Below, one piece after another: positions 15,001-27,779 of a DNA stretch of 64,000 bases. Every line of letters starts with the position of its first letter. Position 1 is the stretch's first letter. The notes under the pieces were generated by a model. It had not been told where the DNA came from. It worked only from the letters and a program-made list of their open reading frames with translations, and searched no databases. The DNA lies in contig OZ024741.1 in the NCBI GenBank assembly GCA_964016885.1, forward strand, positions 336,226,001-336,290,000, read 5' to 3'. This stretch comes from Eledone cirrhosa (Eukaryota). A program made the translations under genes and the position numbers.

Positions 15001-18000
15001 CATAGAAACCAATCTCACAGTCCACCCAGTATATGGTAGTTTAAGGTTAGGAAGGGCATCCAGCCATAGAAACCAATCTCACAGTCCACCCAGTATAAGG
15101 TAGTTTAGGGTTAGGGAGGGCATCCAGCCATAGAAACCAATCTCACAGTCCACCCAGTATATGGTAGTTTAAGGTTAGGAAGGGCATCCAGCCATTGAAA
15201 CCAATCTCACAGTCCACCCAGTATATGGTAGTTTAAGCTTAGGAAGGGCATCCAGCCATAGAAACCAATCTCACAGTCTACCCAGTATATGGTGGTTTAG
15301 GGTTAGGAAGGACATCCAGCCATAGAAACCAACCTCACAGTCCACCCAGTATATGGTAGTTTAGGGTTAGGGAGGGCATCCAGCCATAGAAACCAATCTC
15401 ACAGTCCACCCAGTATATGGTAGTTTAAGGTTAGGAAGGGCATCCAGCCATTGAAACCAATCTCACAGTCCACCCAGTATATGGTAGTTTAGGGTTAGGG
15501 AGGGCATCCAGCCATAGAAACCAATCTCACAGTCCACCCAGTATATGGTAGTTTAGGGTTAGGAAGGGCATCCAGCCATAGAAACCAATCTCACAATCCA
15601 TCCAGTATATGGTAGTTTAGGGTTAGGGAGGGCATCCAGCCATAGAAACCAATCTCACAGTCCACCCAGTATATGGTAGTTTAGGGTTAGGGAGGGCATC
15701 CAGCCATAGAAACCAATCTCACAGTCCACCCAGTATATGGTAGTTTAGGGTTAGGAAGGGCATCCAGCCATAGAAACCAATCTCACAATCCATCCAGTAT
15801 ATGGTAGTTTAGGGTTAGGGAGGGCATCCAGCCATAGAAACCAATCTCACAGTCAACCCAGTATATGGTAGTTTAGGGTTAGGAAGGGCATCCAGCCATA
15901 GAAACCAATCTCACAGTCCACCCAGTATATGGTAGTATAGGGTTAGGAAGGGCATCCAGCCATAGAAACCAATCTCACAGTCCACCCAGTATATGGTAGT
16001 TTAGGGTTAGGGAGGGCATCCAGCCATAGAAACCAATCTCACAGTCCACCCAGTATATGGTAGTTTAGGGTTAGGGAGGGCATCCAGCCATAGAAACCAA
16101 TCTCACAGTCCACCCAGTATATGGTAGTTTAGGGTTAGGGAGGGCATCCAGCCATAGAAACCAATCTCACAGTCCACCCAGTATATGGTAGTTTAGGGTT
16201 AGGGAGGGCATCCAGCCATAGAAACCAATCTCACAGTCCACCCAGTATATGGTAGTATAGGGTTAGGAAGGGCATCCAGCCATAGAAACCAATCTCACAG
16301 TCCACCCAGTATATGGTAGTTTAGGGTTAGGGAGGGCATCCAGCCATAGAAACCAATCTCACAGTCCACCCAGTATATGGTAGTTTAGGGTTAGGGAGGG
16401 CATCCAGCCATAGAAACCAATCTCACAGTCCACCCAGTATATGGTAGTTTAGGGTTAGGGAGGGCATCCAGCCATAGAAACCAATCTCACAGTCCACCCA
16501 GTATATGGTAGTATAGGGTTAGGAAGGGCATCCAGCCATAGAAACCAATCTCACAGTCCACCCAGTATATGGTAGTTTAGGGTTAGGGAGGGCATCCAGC
16601 CATAGAAACCAATCTCACAGTCCACCCAGTATATGGTAGTTTAGGGTTAGGGAGGGCATCCAGCCATAGAAACCAATCTCACAGTCCACCCAGTATATGG
16701 TAGTATAGGGTTAGGAAGGGCATCCAGCCATAGAAACCAATCTCACAGTCCACCCAGTATATGGTAGTTTAGGGTTAGGGAGGGCATCCAGCCATAGAAA
16801 CCAATCTCACAGTCCACCCAGTATATGGTAGTTTAGGGTTAGGGAGGGCATCCAGCCATAGAAACCAATCTCACAGTCCACCCAGTATATGGTAGTTTAG
16901 GGTTAGGGAGGGCATCCAGCCATAGAAACCAATCTCACAGTCCACCCAGTATATGGTAGTATAGGGTTAGGAAGGGCATCCAGCCATAGAAACCAATCTC
17001 ACAGTCCACCCAGTATATGGTAGTTTAGGGTTAGGGAGGGCATCCAGCCATAGAAACCAATCTCACAGTCCACCCAGTATATGGTAGTTTAGGGTTAGGG
17101 AGGGCATCCAGCCATAGAAACCAATCTCACAGTCCACCCAGTATATGGTAGTTTAGGGTTAGGGAGGGCATCCAGCCATAGAAACCAATCTCACAGTCCA
17201 CCCAGTATATGGTAGTTTAGGGTTAGGGAGGGCATCCAGCCATAGAAACCAATCTCACAGTCCACCCAGTATATGGTAGTATAGGGTTAGGAAGGGCATC
17301 CAGCCATAGAAACCAATCTCACAGTCCACCCAGTATATGGTAGTTTAGGGTTAGGGAGGGCATCCAGCCATAGAAACCAATCTCACAGTCCACCCAGTAT
17401 AAGGTATTTTAAGTTTAGGAATTGCATCCAGCCATAGAAACCAATCTCACAGTCCACCCAGTATATGGTAGTTTAGGGTTAGGAAGGGCATCCAGCCATA
17501 GAAACCAATCTCACAGTCCACCCAGTATATGGTAGTTTAGGGTTAGGAAGGGCATCCAGCCATAGAAACCAATCTCACAGTCCACCCAGTATAAGGTAGT
17601 TTAGGGTTAGGGAGGGCATCCAGCCATAGAAACCAATCTCACAGTCCACCCAGTATATGGTAGTTTAGGGTTAGGAAGGGCATCCAGCCATAGAAACCAA
17701 TCTCACAGTCCACCCAGTATAAGGTAGTTTAGGGTTAGGGAGGGCATCCAGCCATAGAAACTATGCTCACAGTTCACCCAGTATATGATAGTTTAAGGTT
17801 AGGAAGGGCCTCCAGCCATAGAAACTATGCTCACAGTTCACCCAGTATATGGTAGTTTAGTGTTAGGAAGGGCCTCCAGCCATAGAAACTATGCTCACAG
17901 TTCACCCAGTATATGGTAGTTTAGGGTTAGGAAAGGCATCCAGCCATAGAAACCAATCTCACAGTTCACCCAGTATATGGTAGTTTAGTGTTAGGAAGGG

Positions 18001-18146
18001 CCTCCAGCCATAGAAACTATGCTCACAGTTCACCCAGTATATGGTAGTTTAGGGTAGGAAGGGCCTCCAGCCATAGAAACCAATCTCACAGTCCACCCAG
18101 TATAAGGTAATTTAGGGTAGGAAGGGCCTCCAGCCATAGAAACCAT
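1..18146 (+). repeat. 64-bp tandem satellite, ~283 monomers, continuing off the left edge
   Basis: Consensus TTAGGGTTAGG(A/G)AGGGCATCCAGCCATAGAAACCAATCTCACAGTCCACCCAGTATATGGTAGT with a 64-nt period; ends at ...CAGCCATAGAAACCATGCC near 18146. Confidence 0.99.
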
Positions 18147-18701
18147 GCCAAATATTGAATGCATTATCTAGGTGAATTCTTTCTGAAGAAGTCATCTTGA
18201 TAAGTAACAACCAAATATTTGTACAATTTTAAAATACCCAAGGTCAATCATGGGCAAAAATCAGCTGTGATTCAACCTTGAGTGGGATGGGCCTTGCTCG
18301 GTTTAAACTGACCAAGAAAGACACATCTTGTGTCAGAACAGAGCCCTTATGACTTCATCAGAAGTTTAAGGGCTTTTGTCTTTATTTACCAGGGTAAACA
18401 GGAAGGACATTCAACTGTTTCAAAGCCTCAAGCCTTCCATTGGTAAAATAATTTTTAAAAATTCCATGAAGTGTTTAATCCAACCTTCTCTTGAGCTGTG
18501 TTAGACACATCTGCTTACACCAAAACACAATAATAATAATAATAATGATAATAATAATAAAATAATAATAATTCTGATGATGATTTCTTTTATAATAATG
18601 GAAGCAGTAAAACCAGAAAAGAAAAAAAACACTACACATGCACAAGAAGCATAGAGTTGTGCTCAGTAATGCAGTGAGAGCACGCAATAAAAACAAGAAT
18701 A

Positions 18702-18737
<36 letters not shown>

Positions 18738-18829
18738 CACCTTGATATTCATCAGAACTATCCCCTTCCTCATTATTATTATTATTATTTTTATTATCGA
18801 CATCATCAATATTATTTTAACGACCATGA

Positions 18830-19292
18830 ATGGCTATCATTATCACCATGCCAATAATCATCATAATTTCCTCCATTGCTACTACTCTTATCAACCTGAT
18901 CATTGTAATGATAACTAGTATCTTCAACTCCATCATTCACCTCCTTCTCCTCCCCCTTATCATCATCATTTACAGTAGCAGCACTATTGCCAAATGCATT
19001 GACATTGCCACAGAGTCCCAACCAATACCCCCACCAGCATCAACACCACCACCAGCACGACTATTACCATTACCACCACCAACACCAACACCATCAACAG
19101 CACCACCACCATTACCACCACCACCACTACCACAAACACCACCACCACCAACACCATTACCACCACCAACACCACCACCACAATCAACACCACTACCACC
19201 AAGACTATTACCATTACCACCACTACCACTGCTATCACAACCACCACCAACACCACAACCACCATCATCACCACCACCACCACCACCACCAC
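18830..19292. repeat. (CAT)n/(CCA)n low-complexity tract
   Basis: Degenerate CAT/CCA/CAA runs producing poly-P/H/G/V ORFs in several frames. Confidence 0.9.
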
Positions 19293-19574
19293 AGTTATTC
19301 CTATTGGTATTCATTCCTGCTCCTATACCTGCCACTCTTACATTAGCCTAATGCCGCCATTTCTGCAGCCCTGACCATTTATTTTATTTTTGATTTTATT
19401 TTTATTTTTTTATTTAAATTTTATTTCCTCTGAGCTTTCTTATTTGAAATGATAATCAATTATCTGAAAAAGAAACAAAAAAACAACATAGCATAAACAT
19501 AAACATATACTAACTTCGTCACTGATACTAAATGAAGAGATATAATTATATAAAAAACAACAACAACAAATTGA

Positions 19575-19795
19575 AAGAGTGAGAGATTGAGAGAGTGATA
19601 GAGAGAGAGAAAGAGAGAGAGAGTGTGTGTGTAAGAGAGGAACAGATTGCAAGAAAGAGCGAGTGAAAGATAGAGGGAATGAGAGTAAGAGTGTGAGAGG
19701 GCAAGTTAGAAAAAGAGAGAGGAAAAAGTGAGAGTAAGAGAGAGAGTGAGAGAGAGAGAGAATGAGATAGAGAGAGAGCAAGAGAGAGTGTGAGA
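19575..19795. repeat. Degenerate (GA)n microsatellite
   Basis: AG-dinucleotide-rich tract. Confidence 0.9.
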
Positions 19796-20078
19796 TGAAT
19801 TTCCATAATGTGAACAATATTAATGATAATGTGAAGCCCTTACCAAACTGGTTGATCATTTAGCTGTTAGAAAAAAATCTCAGGAGACAAGAACACAAGA
19901 GATAGCGGGGAAAACATTTTGATGCTTTTGTGTACTAATTTCTCCAATCTAAAGCAATGAAATTGATTTAAAATGATATTTTCAAAGCAATTAGATATCG
20001 GCAGAATTTACCCTGTGTCATAAAATGACTAAACATTCCAAACAGAATTACTTTTTATCTTCCTGATACCAAAATAAT

Positions 20079-20109
<31 letters not shown>

Positions 20110-20403
20110 ATCCTCAATCTTTCTTTCTGTTTTTTCGTTTTTCTTTCTTTCTATTTTGTTTTGTTTTAAACTTGTCATAGCAATCAATTTATTTTACTGG
20201 AGTATAAATTCAAAATTAAGTCATCTTTTCAATATGTCTCATTATTTACTTAAGAGAGCTTAAAATTAGTACTCCCAATAGGTAACATATTGATTTTAGT
20301 TTCATTTGATCTAATATATTGATTTTCTCTTTATTTTGAGTACTTGTGTGCACATGTGAGTGTGTGTCTGTCTGTATGTGTGATAAAGAAATGCAAATAA
20401 CTA

Positions 20404-20658
20404 TTAACCCTTTCATTACCATATTTCTAATAGAATATACTTCCTATACATTTCATAAAAAAATATTTTTAAATAATGAAGAATTTAGAGGGATTAAGTA
20501 ATATAATATAACTTACTGTCACATTATTAAGCTGGTGTTTGGTTTTTACATGAAATTATGATGGAATGTTTTTAGATAAGTATAAACAGTTTAAAACTAG
20601 AGGATTTGTATCATAGAATCATGGGCAATTTCATGGGATTTCGTTTCAAAGGGGTTAA
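20404..20658 (+). mobile_element. piggyBac-type MITE
   Basis: Starts TTAA|CCCTTTC and ends CAAAGGGG|TTAA. Related copies at ~20890-21040 (inverted, partial), ~29200-30010 (interrupted) and 31581-32537. Confidence 0.7.
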
Positions 20659-20666
20659 ACTTCTTA

Positions 20667-20868
20667 TACGAGGGTTGGCTGAAAAGTTCATAAGCTGACC
20701 AAGATACTCTCATAGAATGACCAAATGAGGTTTATTTTTCAACATAGTCCTAAGAAAAAAACAATGCAATTATTAATAAAAAGAGTTGAAATTAATGCAT
20801 ACAAGATTTCACAGCACTAGCATCACTCCTTCATAGTCAGCCTATGAACTTTTCAGCCAACCCTCGTA
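20667..20868. mobile_element. Tc1/mariner-type MITE
   Basis: ~30-bp TIRs: TA|CGAGGGTTGGCTGAAAAGTTCATAAGCTGAC ... GTCAGCCTATGAACTTTTCAGCCAACCCTCG|TA, with a TA target duplication. Confidence 0.85.
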
Positions 20869-21042
20869 CTTGTGTAATTATTACGAGTTTAACCATTTTG
20901 AAACTAAATCCCATGAAATTGCCCATGATTCTATGAAACAAAACCTCACATTTTAAATTGTTTATATTTATCTAAAATCTTTCCATCATAATTTTATATA
21001 AAAATCAAACACTAGCTTAATAATGTCAAAATAAGTTATATT

Positions 21043-21244
21043 TATAAGGGTCAGCTGAAAACATCATAGGCTGACTATGAAGGAGTGATGTTAGGCTGTG
21101 AAATCTTGTATGCATTAATTTCAACTCTTCTTATTAATAACTGCATTGTTTGTTTCTTAGGACTATGTTGAAAAAATAAACCTCATTTGGTCATTCCCTG
21201 AGAGTATATTGGTCAGCCTATGAACTTTTCAGCTAACCCTTGTA
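21043..21244. mobile_element. Tc1/mariner-type MITE, same family, opposite orientation
   Basis: Reverse-complement match to 20667-20868 with slightly decayed TIRs. Confidence 0.8.
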
Positions 21245-22204
21245 TTTTAGTCTTCCTTTTGCATTTCAATCTTGTGACATATTTGTTGTTGTCACTTAAA
21301 ACAAATTAAACAAACACTTTGTTTTTCTAAATATTCAGAGTAATATTGAAACCTCCAGAACAATGTATTCTCCATCCTGTCAGTCTGGACCGAGAGGCGG
21401 AGGGTTAGTTAGTTGGAGGTGGAGGATACTTGTTTGCATGTCACCCATATACACACATACTCAACGACTACTAATTACTGTTATCTCTTAAAAAAAAATT
21501 TCAACTTGCCTTGTGCCAATGAAAATCCTGCAAAAATAAAAATGATATAATGAAAAATCAAACACACAGAACACAAAGAACAAAATATGAGATAAGAACC
21601 ATTTAGTAAAATCTATTCCGCCTTTGCTAAATGAAATTATGTTGTAGCTGCTTCAATGAACTTTCTAGTAACATGTGAAATACTGGCTGGATCTCAATGA
21701 TCTTTGAATGCAACCATTCTATGAAGAAGTCTTGTTGGAATATGTTTTTGTTTTGTTTTCCTTGTCGTTAATGAAGTACTAGCTGCAGCAGTTCTAATAT
21801 AAAAAATTGAATTTCAAATGTTCCAGAAGCTACTATGGTCAATTACACCAGTGGACATTTTAATTTCATATTACCTCTTAACACGCTATAATGACTTAGT
21901 AGAAAATATCTAAAATCTGGTTTGTTAATTCAAATGCTTATCGTATCTTTGTTTATAAATGTTTATACTATAATTGTGAAAATAAATTGCAGTATCAGTG
22001 TAAAGACAAACATTTAATGTGATGTAGTCATAATATTGTTTTGGACATTTCAAGAAATATCATGCTAATGTGGTTTCATGTGGTACAGGATAATGATGCT
22101 TAGTAAACTGATTAATGTTAATATAAATGTTTTTTTAATTTTTTTTTATTAGACCAAATTTAATTATTTCCGAAAAGATACTGTTTTCGTTATTATTATT
22201 ATCA

Positions 22205-23410
22205 TATGACAGTATCGGTAGAATATTAGACAACAGGATTTGTGGCATATAGTTGTGTCGCTTTATGTTTCGTGTTCTAATCCCATTGAAGGTTGGTTTT
22301 GCCTTTCATCCTTTCGGGGTTGATAAAATAAAGCACCGGTAATGCACTAAGATTGATTTAATTGATTTTCCCTTCTCCCAAAATTGTTGGCCTTGTGTCT
22401 AAATCAGAAACCATTATTATTAAAATATGGGCAGAGGAATAGCAGAGTTATTAGAGAACTGGACAACATGTTTTGCAGTATTTAGTTATAACGTTCTACA
22501 AATCCTGCCAAAATCAAATTTGCCTTTTATCTATTCAGGGTTGGTAAAATAAAATACCAGCCAAGTACTGGAGTCAATTTAATTGACTTTTCCCCCTCCT
22601 CTCAAATTGCTGAACTTGTGCTTAAATCAGAAATCAACATCATTATTATTATTATTAAAATATATAAATGGTTGGCATATTAGCAGAGTCATTAGCATAT
22701 CGAACAGAGACGTATATTATTTGTTCTGGCTCTGACTTCAAATACTGCTGAGGTCAACTTTGCCTTTTATCTTTCAGGGTTGATAAAATAAAGTACCTGA
22801 CAAATACTAGGGTCAATTTAATCAACTTTCTCCTTCTCCTAAATTGTTGGCATTGTGCCAATGCTAGAAATAATAATTATTATTAAAATTATGGGCCTTT
22901 ATGTACTGAGTTCAAATCCCACCAAAGTTAGCTTTGTCTTTCATCCTTATAGGGTCGAAAAAATAAAATACCAGTAATGTACTTGGGTCAATTCAATCGA
23001 CCCCCTCCCCCAAAAAAAATTGTTGTTGTTGTGTCTAAACTAGAAACCATCATTATTAAAATTAGGGTGGAGGATTGTCAGTATCAGTAGAGCATTAAAC
23101 AAAATCATTTGCAGCTTTTAGTTATAACTTTCTACATTCTGAGTTCAAATCCTGCCAAGATCAACCTTGTCTTTCTTCCTTCTGAGGGTAAATAAAGTAC
23201 CAGCTATGTACTGGTTCAATATAATCAACTACCCCCCCCCCCCCAAAAAAAAAAAATTTCCCCTCAAATTACTGCATTCAATATAATCAACTTTCCCCCA
23301 AATTATTGGGTTTTACTTTCATTTTCCCCTCAAATTACTGGGTTTAATATAATCAACTTTCACTTTCCCCCAAAATACTAGCCTTGTGCCTAAAGTAAAA
23401 ATCATTATTA
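22205..23410 (+). mobile_element. Head-to-tail cluster of ~5 decayed SINE copies (Meta-domain-like)
   Basis: Repeated B-box GAGTTCAAATCC, core TTTGCCTTTCATCCTT..GGGGTYGATAAAATAAAGTACCAG and tail GGCCTTGTGCCTAAA..AGAAA(ATT)n. Family name is from recollection of the MetaSINE core. Confidence 0.75.
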
Positions 23411-24199
23411 CAATATAACAAAGCCATTATTTCTGAAACTTTATTGTATTCTACAGTGAATCCTTATTTCTTAATTCCCATTGAAATTAAATTCTCATTG
23501 AATTACTTTGTTCTCTGTTTTATTTCCAGCTTGACAATATAGATTTCTTTTAGAATCACAAAGACATTTTATTTTATAGGAGAACTTTTAGTCAATTGAT
23601 TTTAATTCTACACAAAACATGCTAGTGAGAATATATTGCTACATAGTCACACACAGACACGTGCACACACAAGCACACAGACACAAAAAAAATATTTATG
23701 AATATTTCTGCACTCAATGATCATCTAAATTATCAGTCTAATTAAATCTGCACTGATTCTCTGCTGATTTTCTATGGCAATTGATAATTTTTATAGTCAA
23801 ATCTAGAATCCAAGAAAACTGGAGATGGTTTCTGCTTTAACAATAATTAGTGCTGAAAAGAGTTCAATAAGTTCAGTTTTATTTGTATTTTTATTTATTG
23901 ATTTTTCTTTTGGATTGGTCTGAAAGAAGAGACAACTCTGACCAAGGCTTTCACAGGCCTCCTGAGACTGGTGAAACCAAAGTAATTATATGTTACTTTT
24001 GAATAATTGCAAGTTGACAACCACATGAAAAATTAATAGCATAAGGGAGAATTGCAAAGGTTTGACATTCTAGGAAAGAAGGCTTAGTTGTAGTAGTTAG
24101 TGTGAAGCTTGGACGTGGATGAGGGGAGTACATGAGGTGGAGGGATGATTGAATAGCGAGAGTTCGTGAGGAAGTGTGATATGATAACTGCAAAGATTA

Positions 24200-24320
24200 T
24201 TGGGCTTGAGTCAATCCAAGATTATGGTAAATGATGGCCCCAAGATACCATGAAGTGGGGATCAAACCCAGGGACTAATGTTTGCAAAGTGAACTTCTTT
24301 ACCATTTAGTCCTGCTGCTT
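24200..24320 (-). mobile_element. Decayed tRNA-derived SINE
   Basis: Reverse-complement similarity to 41870-42050 and similarity to 59531-59685. Confidence 0.5.
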
Positions 24321-24491
24321 CCACAAGGGAGCTATAATAAAAATTATTAATCTTACAGAAGCATAAAAAATTGACTCTGTTTAATCAATATGTAGAAAAA
24401 TAATTCAATCTATCATGTGGATGCACAAAAGAGTTTTATTATTTGTGAAGGCAAGAACTGTGTCAAAGCAACCAGTTCTTCTTCATCCATG

Positions 24492-24762
24492 CAGGGCCAG
24501 ACTTTCACCTACTTAAGCTATATAAAATTTGAAGCTCTTCTCTAAAAAGAATTTGTTAAAAATGTTTTTAATAATTATACATGATTATTATTTATTAATG
24601 ATTACAAAATTAAATTAGTTACAAAATGTTTCTTTTAACTAATTAATTGATTTATTCCATTTGCTGCATAAAAAAATAAAATGTAATTTTTAAAAATTAG
24701 GCCTTCGAGGGTGCCTGGCCCTAAGCTATAGCTTATTTAGCTTATAGGTAAGTCTAGCACTG
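24492..24762. mobile_element. hAT-type MITE (271 bp)
   Basis: TIRs CAGGGCCAGACTT / AAGTCTAGCACTG; 8-bp TSD CATCCATG (24484-24491) / TATCCATG (24763-24770). Confidence 0.75.
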
Positions 24763-24879
24763 TATCCATGCTAAGAGAAACAGAACAGACTATAGTATGA
24801 TATAATTTGAATATATAATGCTCATCTCTTACAATAATTTATCTTCAGTTTATAATGTTTTGATGTAAGTAATGCTATT

Positions 24880-25265
24880 GTTGGTGTTGTTTGGCTCCAG
24901 GTCAACCTAGATCAAGCAAACCTACAAAGACATCTGAGCTATGATTATCACATCATATCAGGCAGTTAATCTTAGACTACATTATCTGATGTTAATCCTC
25001 CTTAAGGACAGAAGTTTGTGTTTTTAGAGAGATTTAGTTGTGACTTTTAGAAACTTAATCTCCCACACTAAGGATGGTGTTGCTATTGTTTAGCACCAGG
25101 TCAGCTCTGATCAAGCAACTTTGTAATTAAGGATGTTTCAGCTCTAGCCATCCTAGGATTGTTTTGGCATAGTATATTTAGAGTAATTTATCCAATGTGC
25201 CTTTGTTTTAAGATGGTAGAGGATGATTGTAAATAGATTTGGGCTGTTATTTCTAGAAGATTGAA
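24880..25265 (-). mobile_element. Two tandem decayed copies of a dispersed SINE-like repeat
   Basis: Each begins GTTGTTTRGCWCCAGGTCARC..GATCAAGCA and ends GAGATTTRG.TG.TATTTCTAG. Related copies near 31255-31420 and 60195-60420. Confidence 0.55.
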
Positions 25266-26428
25266 GACTCCAAATTTTACTTTCTTTAACTATTTTGTTA
25301 AAGAGAGAAGGGCAGTGGTTGTGACCATGACCATTTTCATGGCATCCATGACAGGTGGGAGTTAGGGAGAGAGGAAGATGCTGTTGCTAAATGCACCCAA
25401 GTGCCAGGTGGTGAGGTTAAACAAGGATATGGATTAATTCTATTACTTAAATAGGCGATAGTCAAATTTAAATTCAGAATGCAATGGGTCAGAAGGAATA
25501 ATACAAGACATTCCTTTCTTCTGTTGCTCAAAGAAATGTGCTAGTCCACTACTTTGGGTTGATACTTTATTTTAAGGCAAAGTTAACCTTGGCAGAATTT
25601 GAAATCAGAACATAGAAAACTGGAACGGATATCAGAAAACAAAGGTATTCTGTCCTACATTTTAAACCCATTACCAATTTACTGCCTGTCATGTTTATTG
25701 TAGCAAAATTCATTCACCTCCAATCATAAATCTAAAAAGTATATAGCAAGATTGACTCAAGTTTAATCCTAACACTGCTCTATAATAATGATCATGTCCT
25801 CCAACTAGAAAAAAAAAGAAGGAATTGATATAAAAATGGTTATGAATGCAAATAATACTTTACAAAGATATATTTTATTATATTTTTCATATCTTAAAAT
25901 TATATTTTACAATGCCATTCTAGATATTTCCATAAGGAGACAGCAAACCCAATTTCTTTAATTAAATTCTCAGTTGGAAGCTGGAGAATTGAACTAATCT
26001 TTTTCCTTTTTCTTTTTCTTTTCCGTTCCTATTTCTTTTTTTCTTTTTGCACTTTTGTAGTTAAAATATTTATCAATGCATTCATGTTCAAATGAAACTT
26101 TCTATCTAGTTGAATTCAAGTGGAATTAAACTTATGTGTCTGGCGTCTCTTCAAATATAAAGCTATCTTTCCATGTAGCATTGCTTTAGTTACTTTCGTT
26201 GAACATAATTGATGTGGAATAAGGTGTGATAAGCTGTTCTGGAGATATAGACTATAGAAAGTTCTAATTCATTCTATTCACTTTGGCTACTGTGTCAGCA
26301 TAGAATATGGATAAGAAAACTATTTTTATGTACTTTCTAGTAATATTTACCAAGAGGAGAGATAAAATTAAGATGCATAAACTGCTAGGTAGTTTTATAT
26401 TTTGGCTGTTGCTATGCACTCTTTTAAC

Positions 26429-26508
<80 letters not shown>

Positions 26509-26625
26509 AGTGTGTGTGTGTGTGTTTGTGTGTTCTGAAAAATGCGCATCATATAGCATTCTAGAGTGAAGGAAAAAGCTTTAGTGTGTGGTTGATTGTT
26601 GAAGAGAACTTTGGCTGAGAATCTC

Positions 26626-26665
<40 letters not shown>

Positions 26666-26737
26666 CTATATGTAGAATTAAAAATTAAAAATCTAAAATG
26701 AAGTGTTGAAGAAGGTCTGTTCATCTTTCTTGTTGGA

Positions 26738-26770
<33 letters not shown>

Positions 26771-27045
26771 TATGTGTGTTATGTATTTCCATAGAAAAGG
26801 TAAAGGAAAGAAGAGTGCTCTATGTATAGTACAGAGCTATTTAATTACATAACAGACACCACAATATAATTATTCCATTACCAAAGTTTTCAGGAAACTA
26901 GACGATCTTAACAGAAATGGAATAATTATATTGTGCTGTTTATTATGTAAAAAAAAAAATACATATATATATATACATATATATATATACCGTATATTTT
27001 GGTAGATTTATCTACACTCATATATATATATATATATATATATAG

Positions 27046-27592
27046 GTGGCTGGGCCTTCGGAAATAGTTGCTGAGATGCTGAAAGCCTCTGGAACGGTGG
27101 GACACACCATGGTCACCCGGATAGTAAACCAAGTCATACAGAATGGGGTTGTTCCGAAGGACTGGCGTAGCAGCATCATCATTAACTGCTACAAGGGTAA
27201 AGGAGATGCCCTAGACAGGAGTAACTATAGAGGCATTAAATTAATCGACCAGGTCATGAAGGTCACGGAAAAAGTAATAGCGCAACTAATCAGAGAGAGA
27301 ATTGATCTAGATGAAATGCAGTTCGGGTTTGTGTCAGGCAAAAGTACCACAGACGTTCTTTTCATTGTACGACAACTACAGGAGAAGTACCTAGCTAAAA
27401 GTAAACCCCTATACTTAGCTTTTGTCGACTTGGAGAAAGCCTTCGACAGAGTCCCCCGTTCCATTATCTGGTGGGCTCTTAGAAAACTAGGTGTTGATGA
27501 ATGGCTTGTGAGAGCTATACAAGCCATGTATAAAGAAACAGTCAGCAAGGTTAGAATTAATAACGAATATAGTGAAGAGTTTAGCGTAAAAG
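27046..27592 (+). mobile_element. RTE-clade LINE reverse-transcriptase fragment, truncated at both ends
   Basis: Motifs KGKGD..NYRGIKL, QFGF, AFVDLEKAFDRVPR; highly similar to the 61080-62390 ORF; breaks off before YADD. The ORF's last residues are read-through into flanking DNA. Confidence 0.92.
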
Positions 27593-27779
27593 TTTTACAT
27601 CACTTTCTTCAACTTTTTAGCTGTATATTCTGGTATATTTTAAAAGTTAAAATCTAAACTAATATTCTGTATATCTTTTATTTATTTTAAAAGTTAAAAT
27701 CTAAAATAATTTTCTTCGTATATTCTTAAATTTAAAATCTAAATATATTCTTAAATTTAAAATAATTTTCTGTACATTC

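Noticed and set aside
1-18146. True telomere or CRISPR array
   Set aside because: Only two TTAGGG-like units per 64-bp monomer, with the G-rich strand pointing into the window; no unique spacers or cas genes; eukaryotic context.
18812-19351. Pro-, His-, Gly- or Val-rich proteins
   Set aside because: Overlapping ORFs in many frames arising from (CCA/CAT)n repeats.
21339-21403. Possible small exon (TTCAG|AGTAAT...GGAGG|GTTAGT)
   Set aside because: 65 nt does not preserve phase 0 into 30185, and there is no recognisable peptide; unsupported without RNA data.
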